Assembly: GCA_913052485.1 (NCBI GenBank)
Contig: CAJXDN010000002.1
Span: 82,031-146,030 of the forward strand
DNA length: 64,000 bases
Direction: 5' to 3'
Origin: an uncultured Flammeovirgaceae bacterium
GTDB taxonomy: Bacteria; Bacteroidota; Bacteroidia; Cytophagales; MED-G16
A program made the translations under genes and the position numbers. This document shows, in pieces, positions 52,869-63,468 of this stretch (positions are counted from its first letter, which is position 1; each line of letters begins with the position of its first letter). The notes beneath the pieces were generated by a model, which saw only the letters and a program-made list of their open reading frames with translations, searched no databases and was not told the origin of the DNA.

Positions 52869-54566
52869 CTATTCTGGAGTTTTTTCATTTGGCCACTCTT
52901 TCTTAAAATCAATCCAATACTTACCTATTGTTGACTTCACCTCTTTCCTAAGCCATAATAAACCAATTAAGTTAGGAACTGTCATTAGTGCTATTGTAAT
53001 CAAAGATACATTCCAAATAACTGTTGTGTCTGCAAATGATGCTACAAAAAAACCAATAACATAAATTATCCTATAATACAAAACTGAACCCGCTCCAAAC
53101 AAAAAAGTCATAGCACGATCTCCATAATATGACCAAGAAATAGCTGTACTAAACGCAAATAAGAGTAGACCTATACTAACAATATAATTTCCATAATTTC
53201 CAAAAAAACCTCTGTCAAAAGCAATAGCAGTCAACGGTGCGCTATGCACTAAAGATTTTCCTTTGACTACTACATCGTCTTGAAGTTTTCCTTTAACTAT
53301 ATTTAAAGTTCCATTGAAAATATCTTCATTATTATCATAGAATAATATATCCTCAGCGAGAGAACGTGCGTGAAGTATAGATATATCAGTAGAATATCTT
53401 CCATTGCTAACCTCTAAGCTTCCTTCATACATTGGGATACCACTATTGCCATTTAGATAGTTAAATAAATCTTGTACATCATCTTGATTATCCTCACTAT
53501 ATATTTTATCTAGAAAGATAAGATCTGCTTTCGCAAAAGTATTTTCGTGCTTTTCATTCCATACACCTGAAGACAATAAAACTAGACCAGTAATTGTACA
53601 AATAATTATAGTATCAATAAATGGCTCCAATATTGCCACTAGGCCTTCAGATACCGGTTCGTTTGTTTTCGCCGAGGCATGAGCTATGGGAGCAGATCCC
53701 TGACCGGCCTCATTAGAATATAGTCCTCTATTCACACCTCTTGATATAGCAAATGAGATCGATGCCCCAAGAAATCCACCTACCGCAGCACTTCCAGAAA
53801 ATACTTCAGAAAAAATTGAGATAAAGGAAGGAATAATATTTTGATAGTTAAATATTATCACAGAAAAAGCACCTATTATATAAATCACAGCCATAAAAGG
53901 AACTAGTTTTTCTGTGATACTAGCAATCCGTTTGATACCACCGATTATAACTATACCTAGGAGAATAGCTAAAATTCCACCAGTTAGCATTTTATCAATA
54001 CCAAAAGAAGAAAACATTGAGTTTGAAATACTATTAATCTGAGGCAAACTACCTGTACCAAAAGATGATAGAACAGTCGCAAAAGCAAACAATATCCCAA
54101 CCCATTTCAAGTTAACCTTATTTCCAAAAAGTCTAAAATCAGCATTTTTCATGAAATACATAGGACCTCCGGACATAGAACCGTCAGAGATTTTTTCTCT
54201 GTATTTATGTGATAAAGTAACTTCAACAAATTTGGTGGTCATACCCACCATAGCAGTAGCTAACATCCAAAATAAAGCGGCAGGACCGCCTAAATGTATA
54301 GCAAAAGCAACCCCTGCAATATTTCCAGTACCAACTGTTCCGGACAGAGCCGTTGTCAAAGCCTGAAAATGTGAGGTGTCACCCTGGTCATCTTTTTTAT
54401 CAAATTTTCCTCTTACAACTTTTAATGCAAAACTAAAATATCTTATTTGTGGAAACCTTAAGTAGAATGTAAAAAATATACCAGTACCAAGTAATAAGGG
54501 AACAAACCAAGGCGAACTCCCAAGGTACTGATCAATAAAGATTAAAAATTCATTAAATTCTTGCAT
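52869..54566 (-). CDS. alanine/glycine:cation symporter (AGCS) family transporter with a ~100-aa hydrophilic insertion
   Basis: [23 protein letters not shown] and [14 protein letters not shown] are AGCS signatures. It is 565 aa long. An extra soluble segment spans residues ~337-441. Confidence 0.88.
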   Translation of the reverse strand: MQEFNEFLIFIDQYLGSSPWFVPLLLGTGIFFTFYLRFPQIRYFSFALKVVRGKFDKKDDQGDTSHFQALTTALSGTVGTGNIAGVAFAIHLGGPAALFWMLATAMVGMTTKFVEVTLSHKYREKISDGSMSGGPMYFMKNADFRLFGNKVNLKWVGILFAFATVLSSFGTGSLPQINSISNSMFSSFGIDKMLTGGILAILLGIVIIGGIKRIASITEKLVPFMAVIYIIGAFSVIIFNYQNIIPSFISIFSEVFSGSAAVGGFLGASISFAISRGVNRGLYSNEAGQGSAPIAHASAKTNEPVSEGLVAILEPFIDTIIICTITGLVLLSSGVWNEKHENTFAKADLIFLDKIYSEDNQDDVQDLFNYLNGNSGIPMYEGSLEVSNGRYSTDISILHARSLAEDILFYDNNEDIFNGTLNIVKGKLQDDVVVKGKSLVHSAPLTAIAFDRGFFGNYGNYIVSIGLLLFAFSTAISWSYYGDRAMTFLFGAGSVLYYRIIYVIGFFVASFADTTVIWNVSLITIALMTVPNLIGLLWLRKEVKSTIGKYWIDFKKEWPNEKTPE

Positions 54567-54593
54567 GACTATAATGTTATTTAAATGTAGAAA

Positions 54594-56270
54594 TTATAAT
54601 TTATCTTCTACCAGTTTCATAATTTTTTCTTTTTTCAAATGAGAACTTTTTAAAATTTTGTTTGCCTTATTCATTATATCATCTCCTCCGCTTATATCTT
54701 TCAGATTAATTCTAACATTAAGGTATGCACCGTGTATTGCTGTGTGAACGCACAAGCATGCAACTGCTGAATCTGATAATGAGTTTTGATTTCCCTCATT
54801 TGCTAAAAACTCAATAATTTCATAAGACCCATATGACTCTATCATAATGTTTAAAGGAATTTGGGCCGCATAGAGGGTGGCATCCTTAATAGATTTAGAT
54901 CTTATTTTTTTATTTTTCTCTGAATCATTTGGTAGCTTATATGCTTCCATTATGCTGTTAAATGAGTGTGCGTCTTCATCAACAAGAGACAACAACTTTT
55001 CTCTAAGTAAATTAATTTCATGAGCCTTTTCACTAAAAATTTCAACTTTATTTTCCCAGCCTCTAGTATTACAAGACAAATTAGCTACCATACCTGCTAA
55101 CGATGTACCTAACGCACCAACATACGATGAGACAGACCCACCACCTGGAGCCGGAGTCTCCCTGGATACCTCATCAGAAAAGCTTCTTGTGGACAGGTCA
55201 ATTAGTCTACCATTCTTATTAGTTATTTTATCTAGATAGTATTCAATAATATTTTTAGTTGGATCAAAAGTCTTCACCTGGTTTAGACCTAAAGACTCGA
55301 TAGCTATCTTTATTATATCTTCCTCGGGTATACCGACAGATCTATTTTGTTTTTTTAAAAAATATTTTCCAGCATCAATCATTGACTTTAATGGTATCAG
55401 GCCAACTAATTCAGAACCGGTCACGCTGGCACCTCTAGCATTAGCTTTTTTAACTACTTCCTCAAAGACAATATGAATTGGTGTCTCATTAATGTTAGTT
55501 AAATTCATTGATATCTGTGCAATACCAAATTCTTCAATATACCAACCAATTGCCTTCACGTGTTTTAATGAACCAGGAATGGTCTCTGGATTTCCATCTT
55601 TATCATATACAATTTCTCCAATTACTGGGTGCCCTTCTCTTTTTATCCGACCCTTCTCTCTCACATCAAAGGCAATTGCATTAGCCAGTCTGGTAGATTT
55701 AGTATTTAGATTAATATTATATGCAATCAAAAAATCCCTTACTCCGATGGCAGTAGCTCCAGACTTTTTATTAAACTCTTTTCCAAAATCTGGCTTCCAG
55801 TCTATACTATTAATTTTTTTCTTGAGAGCCTCATACTCCCCTGATCTTACATTTGCTAAATTTCTTCTTTTATCCTCTCTGGCAGCATTCTCATACAAGT
55901 ATATAGGTATATTTAATTCATCAGAAACTTTTTCTGCTAACTTCTCAGCATATGGAACCAGCTCATCCATTGTAATATTAGAAACAGGTATTAAAGGACA
56001 AACATCGGTAGCTCCAAACCTTGGATGTTCTCCACTGTGCTTTGACATATCAATTTTTTCACTTGCGGTCTTTATCGCATTAAATGCAGCAGCTATAACT
56101 GAATCCGGATCACCAACAAATGTCATTACCGTTCTATTTGTCGCCTGTCCGGGATCAATATTTAACAGGTGCACACCTTTAGTGTTAGAAATGGCTTCAG
56201 ATATTTGATTGATGATTTCTTGATTTCTTCCCTCAGAAAAATTTGGTACGCACTCGATTATTTGATTCAC
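54594..56270 (-). CDS. ftcD: bifunctional glutamate formimidoyltransferase / formimidoyltetrahydrofolate cyclodeaminase
   Basis: N-terminal IIECVPNFSEGRN (formiminotransferase) and a C-terminal ~200-aa helical cyclodeaminase-like domain (PAPGGGSVSSYVGALG). It lies within the hut operon. Confidence 0.85.
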   Translation of the reverse strand: MNQIIECVPNFSEGRNQEIINQISEAISNTKGVHLLNIDPGQATNRTVMTFVGDPDSVIAAAFNAIKTASEKIDMSKHSGEHPRFGATDVCPLIPVSNITMDELVPYAEKLAEKVSDELNIPIYLYENAAREDKRRNLANVRSGEYEALKKKINSIDWKPDFGKEFNKKSGATAIGVRDFLIAYNINLNTKSTRLANAIAFDVREKGRIKREGHPVIGEIVYDKDGNPETIPGSLKHVKAIGWYIEEFGIAQISMNLTNINETPIHIVFEEVVKKANARGASVTGSELVGLIPLKSMIDAGKYFLKKQNRSVGIPEEDIIKIAIESLGLNQVKTFDPTKNIIEYYLDKITNKNGRLIDLSTRSFSDEVSRETPAPGGGSVSSYVGALGTSLAGMVANLSCNTRGWENKVEIFSEKAHEINLLREKLLSLVDEDAHSFNSIMEAYKLPNDSEKNKKIRSKSIKDATLYAAQIPLNIMIESYGSYEIIEFLANEGNQNSLSDSAVACLCVHTAIHGAYLNVRINLKDISGGDDIMNKANKILKSSHLKKEKIMKLVEDKL

Positions 56271-56285
56271 AATTTAAAATTAATA

Positions 56286-57503
56286 CTAATTATAGATTTT
56301 ACCTCTTTTACATATGAAGGAAGGCCTTAACTTCCCTTGATTGTAGAGAATATCTCTAAAGTCATTTGTCTCAAACCCAATCATGTCTGCAATTTTACCA
56401 TTTTCTAGGGTTCCTCTATCTTCTAAAGATAGAGCATTTGCTGATCTACAGGTAATCCCTGCAAGAACCTCTGCATTAGATAATTTTTCTATGGATCCCA
56501 GGAGTGATGCCTGCATCAATAAATCACCCATGGGAGCGGAACCAGGATTCCAATCTGAGGCAATAGCCACTTTACAGTTATTATCTAAAAGCTTTCTTAC
56601 AGGTGCAAATGGGATACCAAGACCTAGACTACACCCTGGTAAAACAACTCCTGTCGTATTGGATTTTGACAGATAATCCATTTCAGGGTCAGTTATTACC
56701 TCTAAATGATCAACACTAACAGCCCCATTATCAACTACAACTTTTAAACCTCCGGAGGTAAATTGGTTTGCGTGGGCAGTAATCATAAAATCATTTTTTA
56801 CTTTTTCTAAGAAGCGAGATGCCTCTATCACAGAAAATGCGTTTTCTTCTATAAAGATGTCTACCCTACTAGATAATTTTTCTTCTTTTATTTTAGGAAG
56901 CAAGTCATTTATTATAGAATCTAAATATTTTTCTGAGGATTCATATTTTTTTGGAGTTACGTGGGCTGCAAGGCAAGTTGCGATCAGATCTATATCGTTA
57001 GAACTGTTGATTTTATTAATAATTCTCAACATTCTAACCTCATCCTCTAAGCTAGAAGCGTATCCACTTTTTACTTCACAAGTTAAAACCCCTTCCTGAA
57101 AATGTCTTTTTAATCTCTTTAACGTGTCACCCATTAGCTGTTCGTCAGTACTGTTAGATGTTGAATTCATTGTGTTATGAATCCCTCCACCCTCTTCTAG
57201 TATCTGTTGATAAGAGATTCCAGAATTTCTTTTCGCGTACTCATCAGATCTATTTCCATAATGACAGACGTGAGTATGCGAATCAATAAATCCGGGGAGG
57301 AGTACGCATGGGAAATTAATCTCTATAACATCTAAATTATTTTTACTTAGTAATGAGAAATCGCCTACCTCTATAATTTCATCCTTCTCAATTACTACCC
57401 CACCATCTTTTATTATTTCAAGACTGTTGTCAATTAATGCTCCTCTCTCTGGCAGATTTGCCATGGTTATTATTTGTGAAAAAGGGCCAACTAACTCTTT
57501 CAA
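56286..57503 (-). CDS. hutI: imidazolonepropionase
   Basis: Amidohydrolase-fold metal motif PGFIDSHTH and DWNPGS; 405 aa, between hutU and ftcD. Confidence 0.9.
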   Translation of the reverse strand: MKELVGPFSQIITMANLPERGALIDNSLEIIKDGGVVIEKDEIIEVGDFSLLSKNNLDVIEINFPCVLLPGFIDSHTHVCHYGNRSDEYAKRNSGISYQQILEEGGGIHNTMNSTSNSTDEQLMGDTLKRLKRHFQEGVLTCEVKSGYASSLEDEVRMLRIINKINSSNDIDLIATCLAAHVTPKKYESSEKYLDSIINDLLPKIKEEKLSSRVDIFIEENAFSVIEASRFLEKVKNDFMITAHANQFTSGGLKVVVDNGAVSVDHLEVITDPEMDYLSKSNTTGVVLPGCSLGLGIPFAPVRKLLDNNCKVAIASDWNPGSAPMGDLLMQASLLGSIEKLSNAEVLAGITCRSANALSLEDRGTLENGKIADMIGFETNDFRDILYNQGKLRPSFICKRGKIYN

Positions 57504-57505
57504 TA

Positions 57506-59176
57506 CTAAATATCTAGATTAAACTTTTTTGAATGTTCTTTAGCAATATCGTATCCCGCATCACTGTGCCTAAACACACCCATTGCTGGATCATTATGTA
57601 ATACTCTCTTGATACATTTTTCGGCTCTCTCGGTACCATCAACAAGTACAACCATACCAGCATGCTGGGAATAACCCATACCTACACCTCCACCATGGTG
57701 AAAAGAAACCCAAGTTGCTCCACCAGCAGTATTAGACATCAAATTAAGAAGCGGCCAATCTGAAACAGCATCAGAGCCGTCAATCATTCCCTCAGTTTCT
57801 CTATTTGGAGAGGCCACAGAACCGCAGTCTAGGTGATCTCTACCAATTGCTATAGGCGCCGAAACTTTTCCTTGCTTTACTAGGTCATTAAAAATGATAC
57901 CTGCTTTCTCTCTCTCCCCCATACCTAGCCAGCAAATTCTACACGGGAGTCCTTGAAACTGAATTTTTTCTTTGGCCTGTTTCAGCCAGCTTATCATATC
58001 TTTATTGTCAGGAAATGCTTCAATTAGTGCCCTATCGGTTGTGTAAATATCTTCAGGATCTCCGGAGAGAGCTGCCCACCTGAAAGGACCTTTTCCCTCA
58101 CAGAAAAGAGGCCTTATATAGTCGGGAACAAACCCGTTAAAACTAAATGCATCTACCTCACCCCCTTGCCTTGCAAACTCTCTTAAATTATTCCCATAAT
58201 CAAATGTTATTGAACCTCTAGATTTCATCTCTAACATGAGTGAAACATGTCTAGCCATACTTGTCAGAGATAATTTCTTATATTCTGCCTGATCATTTTT
58301 TCTTAAACAATAAGCATCACTAAGACTCATGCCATTTGGCACGTAACCAAAAACAGGATCATGAGCAGATGTCTGGTCAGTTAAGATCTCTGGGATGATA
58401 TCATCCTCTAATAGTTTCTCAAGTAGATCACCTATATCACTAACAAGACCTACAGAAACATTCATACCCCTGTCCTTTGCCTGAAGGACCCAGTCCCTAG
58501 CCTCCTCATATGAATCTGTCATCTTATCAATATATCCAGTTTTTAACCTTTTCTCAATTCTCTCTGGATCAATATCAGCACCCAAAAATGTTGCCCCGGC
58601 CATCGTGGCTGCCAATGGCTGGGCACCACCCATACCACCTAAACCACCGGACACTAATAATTTTCCTTTTAAGGAACCACCAAAATGTTTATTTGCACAT
58701 GCGGCAAATGTCTCGTATGTTCCCTGTAAAATTCCCTGAGTCCCGATATATATCCAACTTCCTGCCGTCATCTGTCCGTACATCATCAGCCCGTCTTCTT
58801 TAAGTTTTTCAAAATGCTCCCAATTTGCCCACTCTGGAACAAGATTAGAGTTGGCAATAAGAACCCTTGGTGCCTGACTATGTGTCCTTACTTTACCTAC
58901 AGGTTTTCCAGACTGAATTAATAGGCTTTCATCATCTTCAAGGTTTAATAATACATCAATTATCTTTTCGACAGAGTCCCTGTTTCTAGCAGCTTGACCT
59001 GAACCACCGTAAACTACTAAATTAGACGGATCCTCAGCTACTTCATTATCTAAATTATTTAAAAACATCCTTAGAGGTGCCTCTGTCTGCCAGCTTTTTG
59101 CATGTAAGATATTACCAGTCGGTGACTTATAATTTGGATGGGTGGCAAACTTTTTTATAAAACTTTTAGTATCCAT
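57506..59176 (-). CDS. hutU: urocanate hydratase
   Basis: [16 protein letters not shown]-binding pattern and HHGGGVGMG. The match runs full length (556 aa). Confidence 0.96.
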   Translation of the reverse strand: MDTKSFIKKFATHPNYKSPTGNILHAKSWQTEAPLRMFLNNLDNEVAEDPSNLVVYGGSGQAARNRDSVEKIIDVLLNLEDDESLLIQSGKPVGKVRTHSQAPRVLIANSNLVPEWANWEHFEKLKEDGLMMYGQMTAGSWIYIGTQGILQGTYETFAACANKHFGGSLKGKLLVSGGLGGMGGAQPLAATMAGATFLGADIDPERIEKRLKTGYIDKMTDSYEEARDWVLQAKDRGMNVSVGLVSDIGDLLEKLLEDDIIPEILTDQTSAHDPVFGYVPNGMSLSDAYCLRKNDQAEYKKLSLTSMARHVSLMLEMKSRGSITFDYGNNLREFARQGGEVDAFSFNGFVPDYIRPLFCEGKGPFRWAALSGDPEDIYTTDRALIEAFPDNKDMISWLKQAKEKIQFQGLPCRICWLGMGEREKAGIIFNDLVKQGKVSAPIAIGRDHLDCGSVASPNRETEGMIDGSDAVSDWPLLNLMSNTAGGATWVSFHHGGGVGMGYSQHAGMVVLVDGTERAEKCIKRVLHNDPAMGVFRHSDAGYDIAKEHSKKFNLDI

Positions 59177-59180
59177 ATTT

Positions 59181-60689
59181 CTAAGATGTTAATTCAACTA
59201 ATTTTTTTGACTTAATAATTATCTCTGCCTCCCTCATGTCATCTACAAAAACCTTGTCATTGACACAGTGGGATATCTTTGTTCGGATGTACTTATGACA
59301 ATCCTCAATTTTTTTACCAGAGGACAAAGGCTTCAAAAAATCGTACGCCTGAGACGTGCAAATAAGTTCTATACTTAATATTTTCTCTAAATTTTTTACT
59401 ACCTGAAGAAATTTTACAGCTCCGATTGATCCCATGCTGACATGATCCTCTTGGCCTAACGATGTAGTTATAGAATCTGCACTTGCAGGATAACATAAAT
59501 TTTTATTCTCACTGGCAAGTGCTGCAGTAGTATATTGTAAGATCATAAACCCAGAGTTTACTCCAGTATTCTTCACTAGAAGCTTAGGCACTCTCTCGTT
59601 TCCTTTGAGAAGTAGATAAATTCTCCTATCCGATATATTACCAAGTTCAGAGGCTGCTATAATGTTATAATCAATTGGTATCGCAAGAGGCTGACCATGA
59701 AAATTCCCCCCACTTAAAATGTCACCGTCCTTAAGAACGATAGGGTTATCAGTTATAGAATTAAGTTCAATATTTAGCATTCTTTCAAGGTGGTAGAAAG
59801 CATCCCAGCTAGCACCGTGAACTTGTGGGATACATCTTACAGAGTATGGGTCCTGGACTTTATCATAATCCTTATCAGAGACTAAAATCTCAGAGTTCGA
59901 TAGTAGACCTCTCACCTTACTTGCAACGTGTTGAGCCCCTTGAAAAGGCCTCAGTTCTGATATCTCTTTGCTAAATGGCACTACTGAGCTGAGAGTTGAT
60001 TCAACTGACATTGCCCCAATTATATCAGCATTTTCTAAACAATTTCTGAATCTTGTTAATGTAAAACATGTATACGCTGAGATAAACTGTGTTCCGTTAA
60101 GAAGTGCGAGACCTTCTTTTTCCTTTATGTCAATAGGTGTTTTTTTCTCCATTGAAAGCATATCCGATGACTTAACCTTTTTATTCCTGTAGAAGACTTC
60201 TCCCTCACCAATTAATGGCAAGAAAAGATGGGCAAGAGGTGCTAAATCTCCAGACGCACCAACTGAACCTTTTGAAGGTACAACCGGTATGATATTATTA
60301 TCAATTTTCCATAATATTCTCTCAATCAATTCAATACTTACCCCAGAATAGCCCATGCAGAGTGAGTGAACCTTTAAAATCATCATCAGTTTTGAAATTA
60401 TTTTAGGGATATCATCTCCGACTCCTACAGCGTGACTTTTTATTAAATTACTCTGAAGTTGACTAACTTCATCTCTGGAGATAATGGTGGTACATAGGGC
60501 ACCGAAACCGGTATTGACCCCGTAAATTTTTTTATTCGATTCTAAAGCATTTTTCACATTTTTTCTCGAATGTAGGATTACTTTCTTCTGAGAGTCAGAT
60601 ATTCCGGCATTAATTTTTCCTTCAGCAATTTTGAATGCTAAGCTGTAGGTTAAGGTATCTTCTCCGTAATTAAATTTCGTTAATGCCAT
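59181..60689 (-). CDS. hutH: histidine ammonia-lyase
   Basis: [14 protein letters not shown] contains the Ala-Ser-Gly triad that forms the MIO cofactor; 502 aa. Confidence 0.95.
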   Translation of the reverse strand: MALTKFNYGEDTLTYSLAFKIAEGKINAGISDSQKKVILHSRKNVKNALESNKKIYGVNTGFGALCTTIISRDEVSQLQSNLIKSHAVGVGDDIPKIISKLMMILKVHSLCMGYSGVSIELIERILWKIDNNIIPVVPSKGSVGASGDLAPLAHLFLPLIGEGEVFYRNKKVKSSDMLSMEKKTPIDIKEKEGLALLNGTQFISAYTCFTLTRFRNCLENADIIGAMSVESTLSSVVPFSKEISELRPFQGAQHVASKVRGLLSNSEILVSDKDYDKVQDPYSVRCIPQVHGASWDAFYHLERMLNIELNSITDNPIVLKDGDILSGGNFHGQPLAIPIDYNIIAASELGNISDRRIYLLLKGNERVPKLLVKNTGVNSGFMILQYTTAALASENKNLCYPASADSITTSLGQEDHVSMGSIGAVKFLQVVKNLEKILSIELICTSQAYDFLKPLSSGKKIEDCHKYIRTKISHCVNDKVFVDDMREAEIIIKSKKLVELTS

Positions 60690-60737
60690 TACTTTAAAGT
60701 TAGTTTTTTTAGATGAATTTAAATATCAAATAATACC

Positions 60738-61463
60738 TTATTCGTTATATGCTTTATCAAGTTCTGACTGTAAAATTTTATAACATTTATCTCTAAATTT
60801 ATCTATGTCTTTAGTTGTAAACCCATCGGTACTAATAGGCTTGTGGCAGACAACTTCACATGGACTCCAATTTATAAAGAAAGAGCCTTTCATAATTTTA
60901 TATGCTCCAAGTAATGATACAGGAAGTATTGGAACCTGTTTCTCAAGAGCCATGGCAAAGGCGCCATTTTTGAATGGTGCCATCTTTGGAACCTTCTCAG
61001 TTTTGATACCACCTTCTGGGAATATACCGATACTGTACCCTTCATCAATAGAATTAAATGAGTCTATATATGTCTGTTTTCTACTTTCTTTACTATCCCT
61101 GTCAACCATGATGTGAAGGTTCTTAAAAATATATCCAAGGACTGGAATATTATTAACCTGCATTTTTCCAATAAACTTGAAGGGAATATTTAAAGCTGCC
61201 AATGCTGGTATATCAATGTAAGAGAAGTGGTTTGCTATAATTACATACTTTTTATTTAGGTCTACACCTTCCTCATATCTTATTTTCATTGGAATAAAAA
61301 TGAATGCAAAAAATGTTCTTGCTATCTTATGGTGTGCCCAGTAAGCCATCTTTTTTAGACCTCGAAACCAAATCCCTAGTAAGAGTGGAATGGAAAAAAA
61401 AATAAATAAAGATGAAAACACAAGCAAACCATAAAAGGAATAAATGACAGTGAATATTTTCAT
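60738..61463 (-). CDS. lysophospholipid (1-acyl-sn-glycerol-3-phosphate) acyltransferase family protein
   Basis: HX4D motif NHFSYIDI, FPEGG, and an N-terminal TM anchor. Confidence 0.8.
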   Translation of the reverse strand: MKIFTVIYSFYGLLVFSSLFIFFSIPLLLGIWFRGLKKMAYWAHHKIARTFFAFIFIPMKIRYEEGVDLNKKYVIIANHFSYIDIPALAALNIPFKFIGKMQVNNIPVLGYIFKNLHIMVDRDSKESRKQTYIDSFNSIDEGYSIGIFPEGGIKTEKVPKMAPFKNGAFAMALEKQVPILPVSLLGAYKIMKGSFFINWSPCEVVCHKPISTDGFTTKDIDKFRDKCYKILQSELDKAYNE

Positions 61464-61465
61464 AA

Positions 61466-62791
61466 CTATTTGATCGATGTAAGATAATTAAAACGAATAA
61501 CATGAGAAACTGCAGCTATAGTTAATCCAATACTCAGGCCAACCCAGACTCCAATTAAACCGTGACCGTACACTATTCCTAGAAGATAAGATAGAGGAAT
61601 TGCAACAATCCAATACGAGATAAATGTAACTAGAGTGGGTATCTGAGTGTCTCTGATCCCTCTCAAAACTCCGAGGCCAACAGCCTGAACTCCATCTGAT
61701 AACTGAAATAATCCAGCAATAACTAGTAGAAAAGAGGCCATATCTATGACTTCAATATCATCGACATATAATGCTGGGAGAATATCTCTTAAAGAGATAA
61801 ATATTAAAGCTGAGAAAATCATCAGCAAAAGGACCAGAATAAAATTTGAATATCCAGACTTCCTAATTTCAGTCTTATCTCCGACTCCATAATAGTAACC
61901 TAATGAGATCATAGATGCGGAACCTATACCCGATGCGACCATATATGAAATGCTTGCCAGGTTTAATGCAATCTGATGTGATGCTAGTTGAAGAGTGCCG
62001 ATAGACCCAACAATAATTGTTGCGACACTAAAGGCACCAACCTCAAAAATATATTGGAGGCCAGAAGTAAATCCAATACTAAATATCTCCTTGATTGATT
62101 TATAATCCCAAGATGATTCGAAGAGTAAAATATATTTCTTAAATTTTTTACTGTTTAAACAATAAATAAAAACCATAATAAGCATCACTACCCTGCTCAC
62201 TAATGTAGCATATGCAGCACCAACAATTTCTAACCTAGGGAACCCAAATAACCCATATATTAAAATAATATTTAATAAAATGTTTAAGACATTTGAAAAT
62301 ATAGATATGTACATTGGGGGTTTTGTAAATCCTAAACCCTCGATAAACTGTTTAAATGTTTGAAATAAAATTAGCGGGAAGAGGGAGATACATATAATGT
62401 CAAGGTATTTATATGTGAAGGACAATACTTCTCTGTCTTGACCCAAATACTCAAGAAAGTATTTAGAGTACATGGTAAATACAACCAGAAGTATAGTAAA
62501 TATTAAATTTAAATAAATACCGTTGTAAAGTGTTTTTGAAATATAATGAGTGTCTGACTTTTTGGATGAGATCAGTGGTGTGATCCCATAAGATAACCCA
62601 ACGCAGAAGAGGAGAATAAAACTAAATATTGAAACAGATAGTGATACTGCACCTAACTGCGTAACTGAAATCTTTCCAATCATTAAACTATCAACCACCC
62701 CTACTGTTATATGACCAAGCTGACTAATCATTATCGGAAAGGATAATGAGAAGTTTTCTCTGATATGTTGCTTCAGCCTCATGGGAGGCAA
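61466..62791 (-). CDS. MATE-family efflux transporter
   Basis: 12-TM pattern with a MATE N-terminus (SFPIMISQLGH..VGVVDS.M.G). The start is TTG 62791, or alternatively ATG 62782. Confidence 0.88.
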   Translation of the reverse strand: MPPMRLKQHIRENFSLSFPIMISQLGHITVGVVDSLMIGKISVTQLGAVSLSVSIFSFILLFCVGLSYGITPLISSKKSDTHYISKTLYNGIYLNLIFTILLVVFTMYSKYFLEYLGQDREVLSFTYKYLDIICISLFPLILFQTFKQFIEGLGFTKPPMYISIFSNVLNILLNIILIYGLFGFPRLEIVGAAYATLVSRVVMLIMVFIYCLNSKKFKKYILLFESSWDYKSIKEIFSIGFTSGLQYIFEVGAFSVATIIVGSIGTLQLASHQIALNLASISYMVASGIGSASMISLGYYYGVGDKTEIRKSGYSNFILVLLLMIFSALIFISLRDILPALYVDDIEVIDMASFLLVIAGLFQLSDGVQAVGLGVLRGIRDTQIPTLVTFISYWIVAIPLSYLLGIVYGHGLIGVWVGLSIGLTIAAVSHVIRFNYLTSIK

Positions 62792-62793
62792 AG

Positions 62794-62824
62794 ATAGAAA
62801 AAAGCCCGATCTCTCGGGCTTTTG
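62794..62824 (-). terminator. rho-independent terminator downstream of the Spy-like gene
   Basis: The minus strand reads AAAAGCCCGA-GAGA-TCGGGCTTTTTTCT. It has an 8-10-bp GC-containing stem, a 4-nt loop and a T6 tract. It is the only strong GC-rich hairpin plus T-tract I found in the window. Confidence 0.65.
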
Positions 62825-62880
62825 GTATGAATTGTTGTTAAACTTTACTTAGTATGAAACTTGTCCTTGAATCATAATCT

Positions 62881-63378
62881 TTAATTTCTTCTCATCATTC
62901 CAGTTTTCTTCATCTGCTTTCTCATTTGCATCATCCTATCTAATCTTATTTGTTGTTCATCATCGAGTAGAGATCTAATTTCTAGGTTCCTACTGAACCC
63001 AGACTTCCTCATCTCGGCTTCAAGATCAGATATCTCGTCTATCAACTTATTAACAGTACTCACATCAATTTTATCCTCCATCTTCTCTAGCTGCATCTCT
63101 AACTTTTTCTTCATCATCTCCTTCTTTAAAGGTTTAGTTATAGATAGGTGATTTGAATTAATTTCTCTGAAAGACTTCCTTTGTTCGTCAGTAAGATTAA
63201 GTATACGTTTAGGATCACTCTCTCCGTTGTGTATTGACTCTCTCCTCTGCTCTAACCTCTCTCTCAACTGATCTCTATCTATCATCCCTCTCCTCTGAAG
63301 CTTATTGCCTCTTTGCACTTGAGAATACGAAAAATCAGAAATAAAAAGTATTACTAGAGTTAAAAGTATTTTTTTCAT
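62881..63378 (-). CDS. periplasmic Spy/CpxP-like helical protein (hypothetical)
   Basis: Signal peptide, then a charged helical protein with the LTDEQ motif (LTDEQRKSFREI) and LLDDEQQIRLDRMM, as in Spy/CpxP/heavy-metal-sensor-type proteins. Confidence 0.45.
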   Translation of the reverse strand: MKKILLTLVILFISDFSYSQVQRGNKLQRRGMIDRDQLRERLEQRRESIHNGESDPKRILNLTDEQRKSFREINSNHLSITKPLKKEMMKKKLEMQLEKMEDKIDVSTVNKLIDEISDLEAEMRKSGFSRNLEIRSLLDDEQQIRLDRMMQMRKQMKKTGMMRRN

Positions 63379-63468
63379 AATTAATAATTTAATATTTTAC
63401 TTGCTACATCTATTAGACGACATAGTTCTTGAAATATTGCATGAACAATAAATAATTATTATTAAAAA

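Noticed and set aside
55492-56208. 238-aa ORF on the plus strand, antisense to ftcD. This is long for an AT-rich genome.
   Set aside because: It lies in the antisense frame where stops arise only when a sense Tyr, His or Gln codon follows a codon ending in T or C. That makes it the most permissive shadow frame. The translation is low-complexity (Ser/Ile/Phe/Leu-rich) with no recognisable motif, promoter box or independent start context. A test would be whether ftcD shows excess synonymous-site conservation there.
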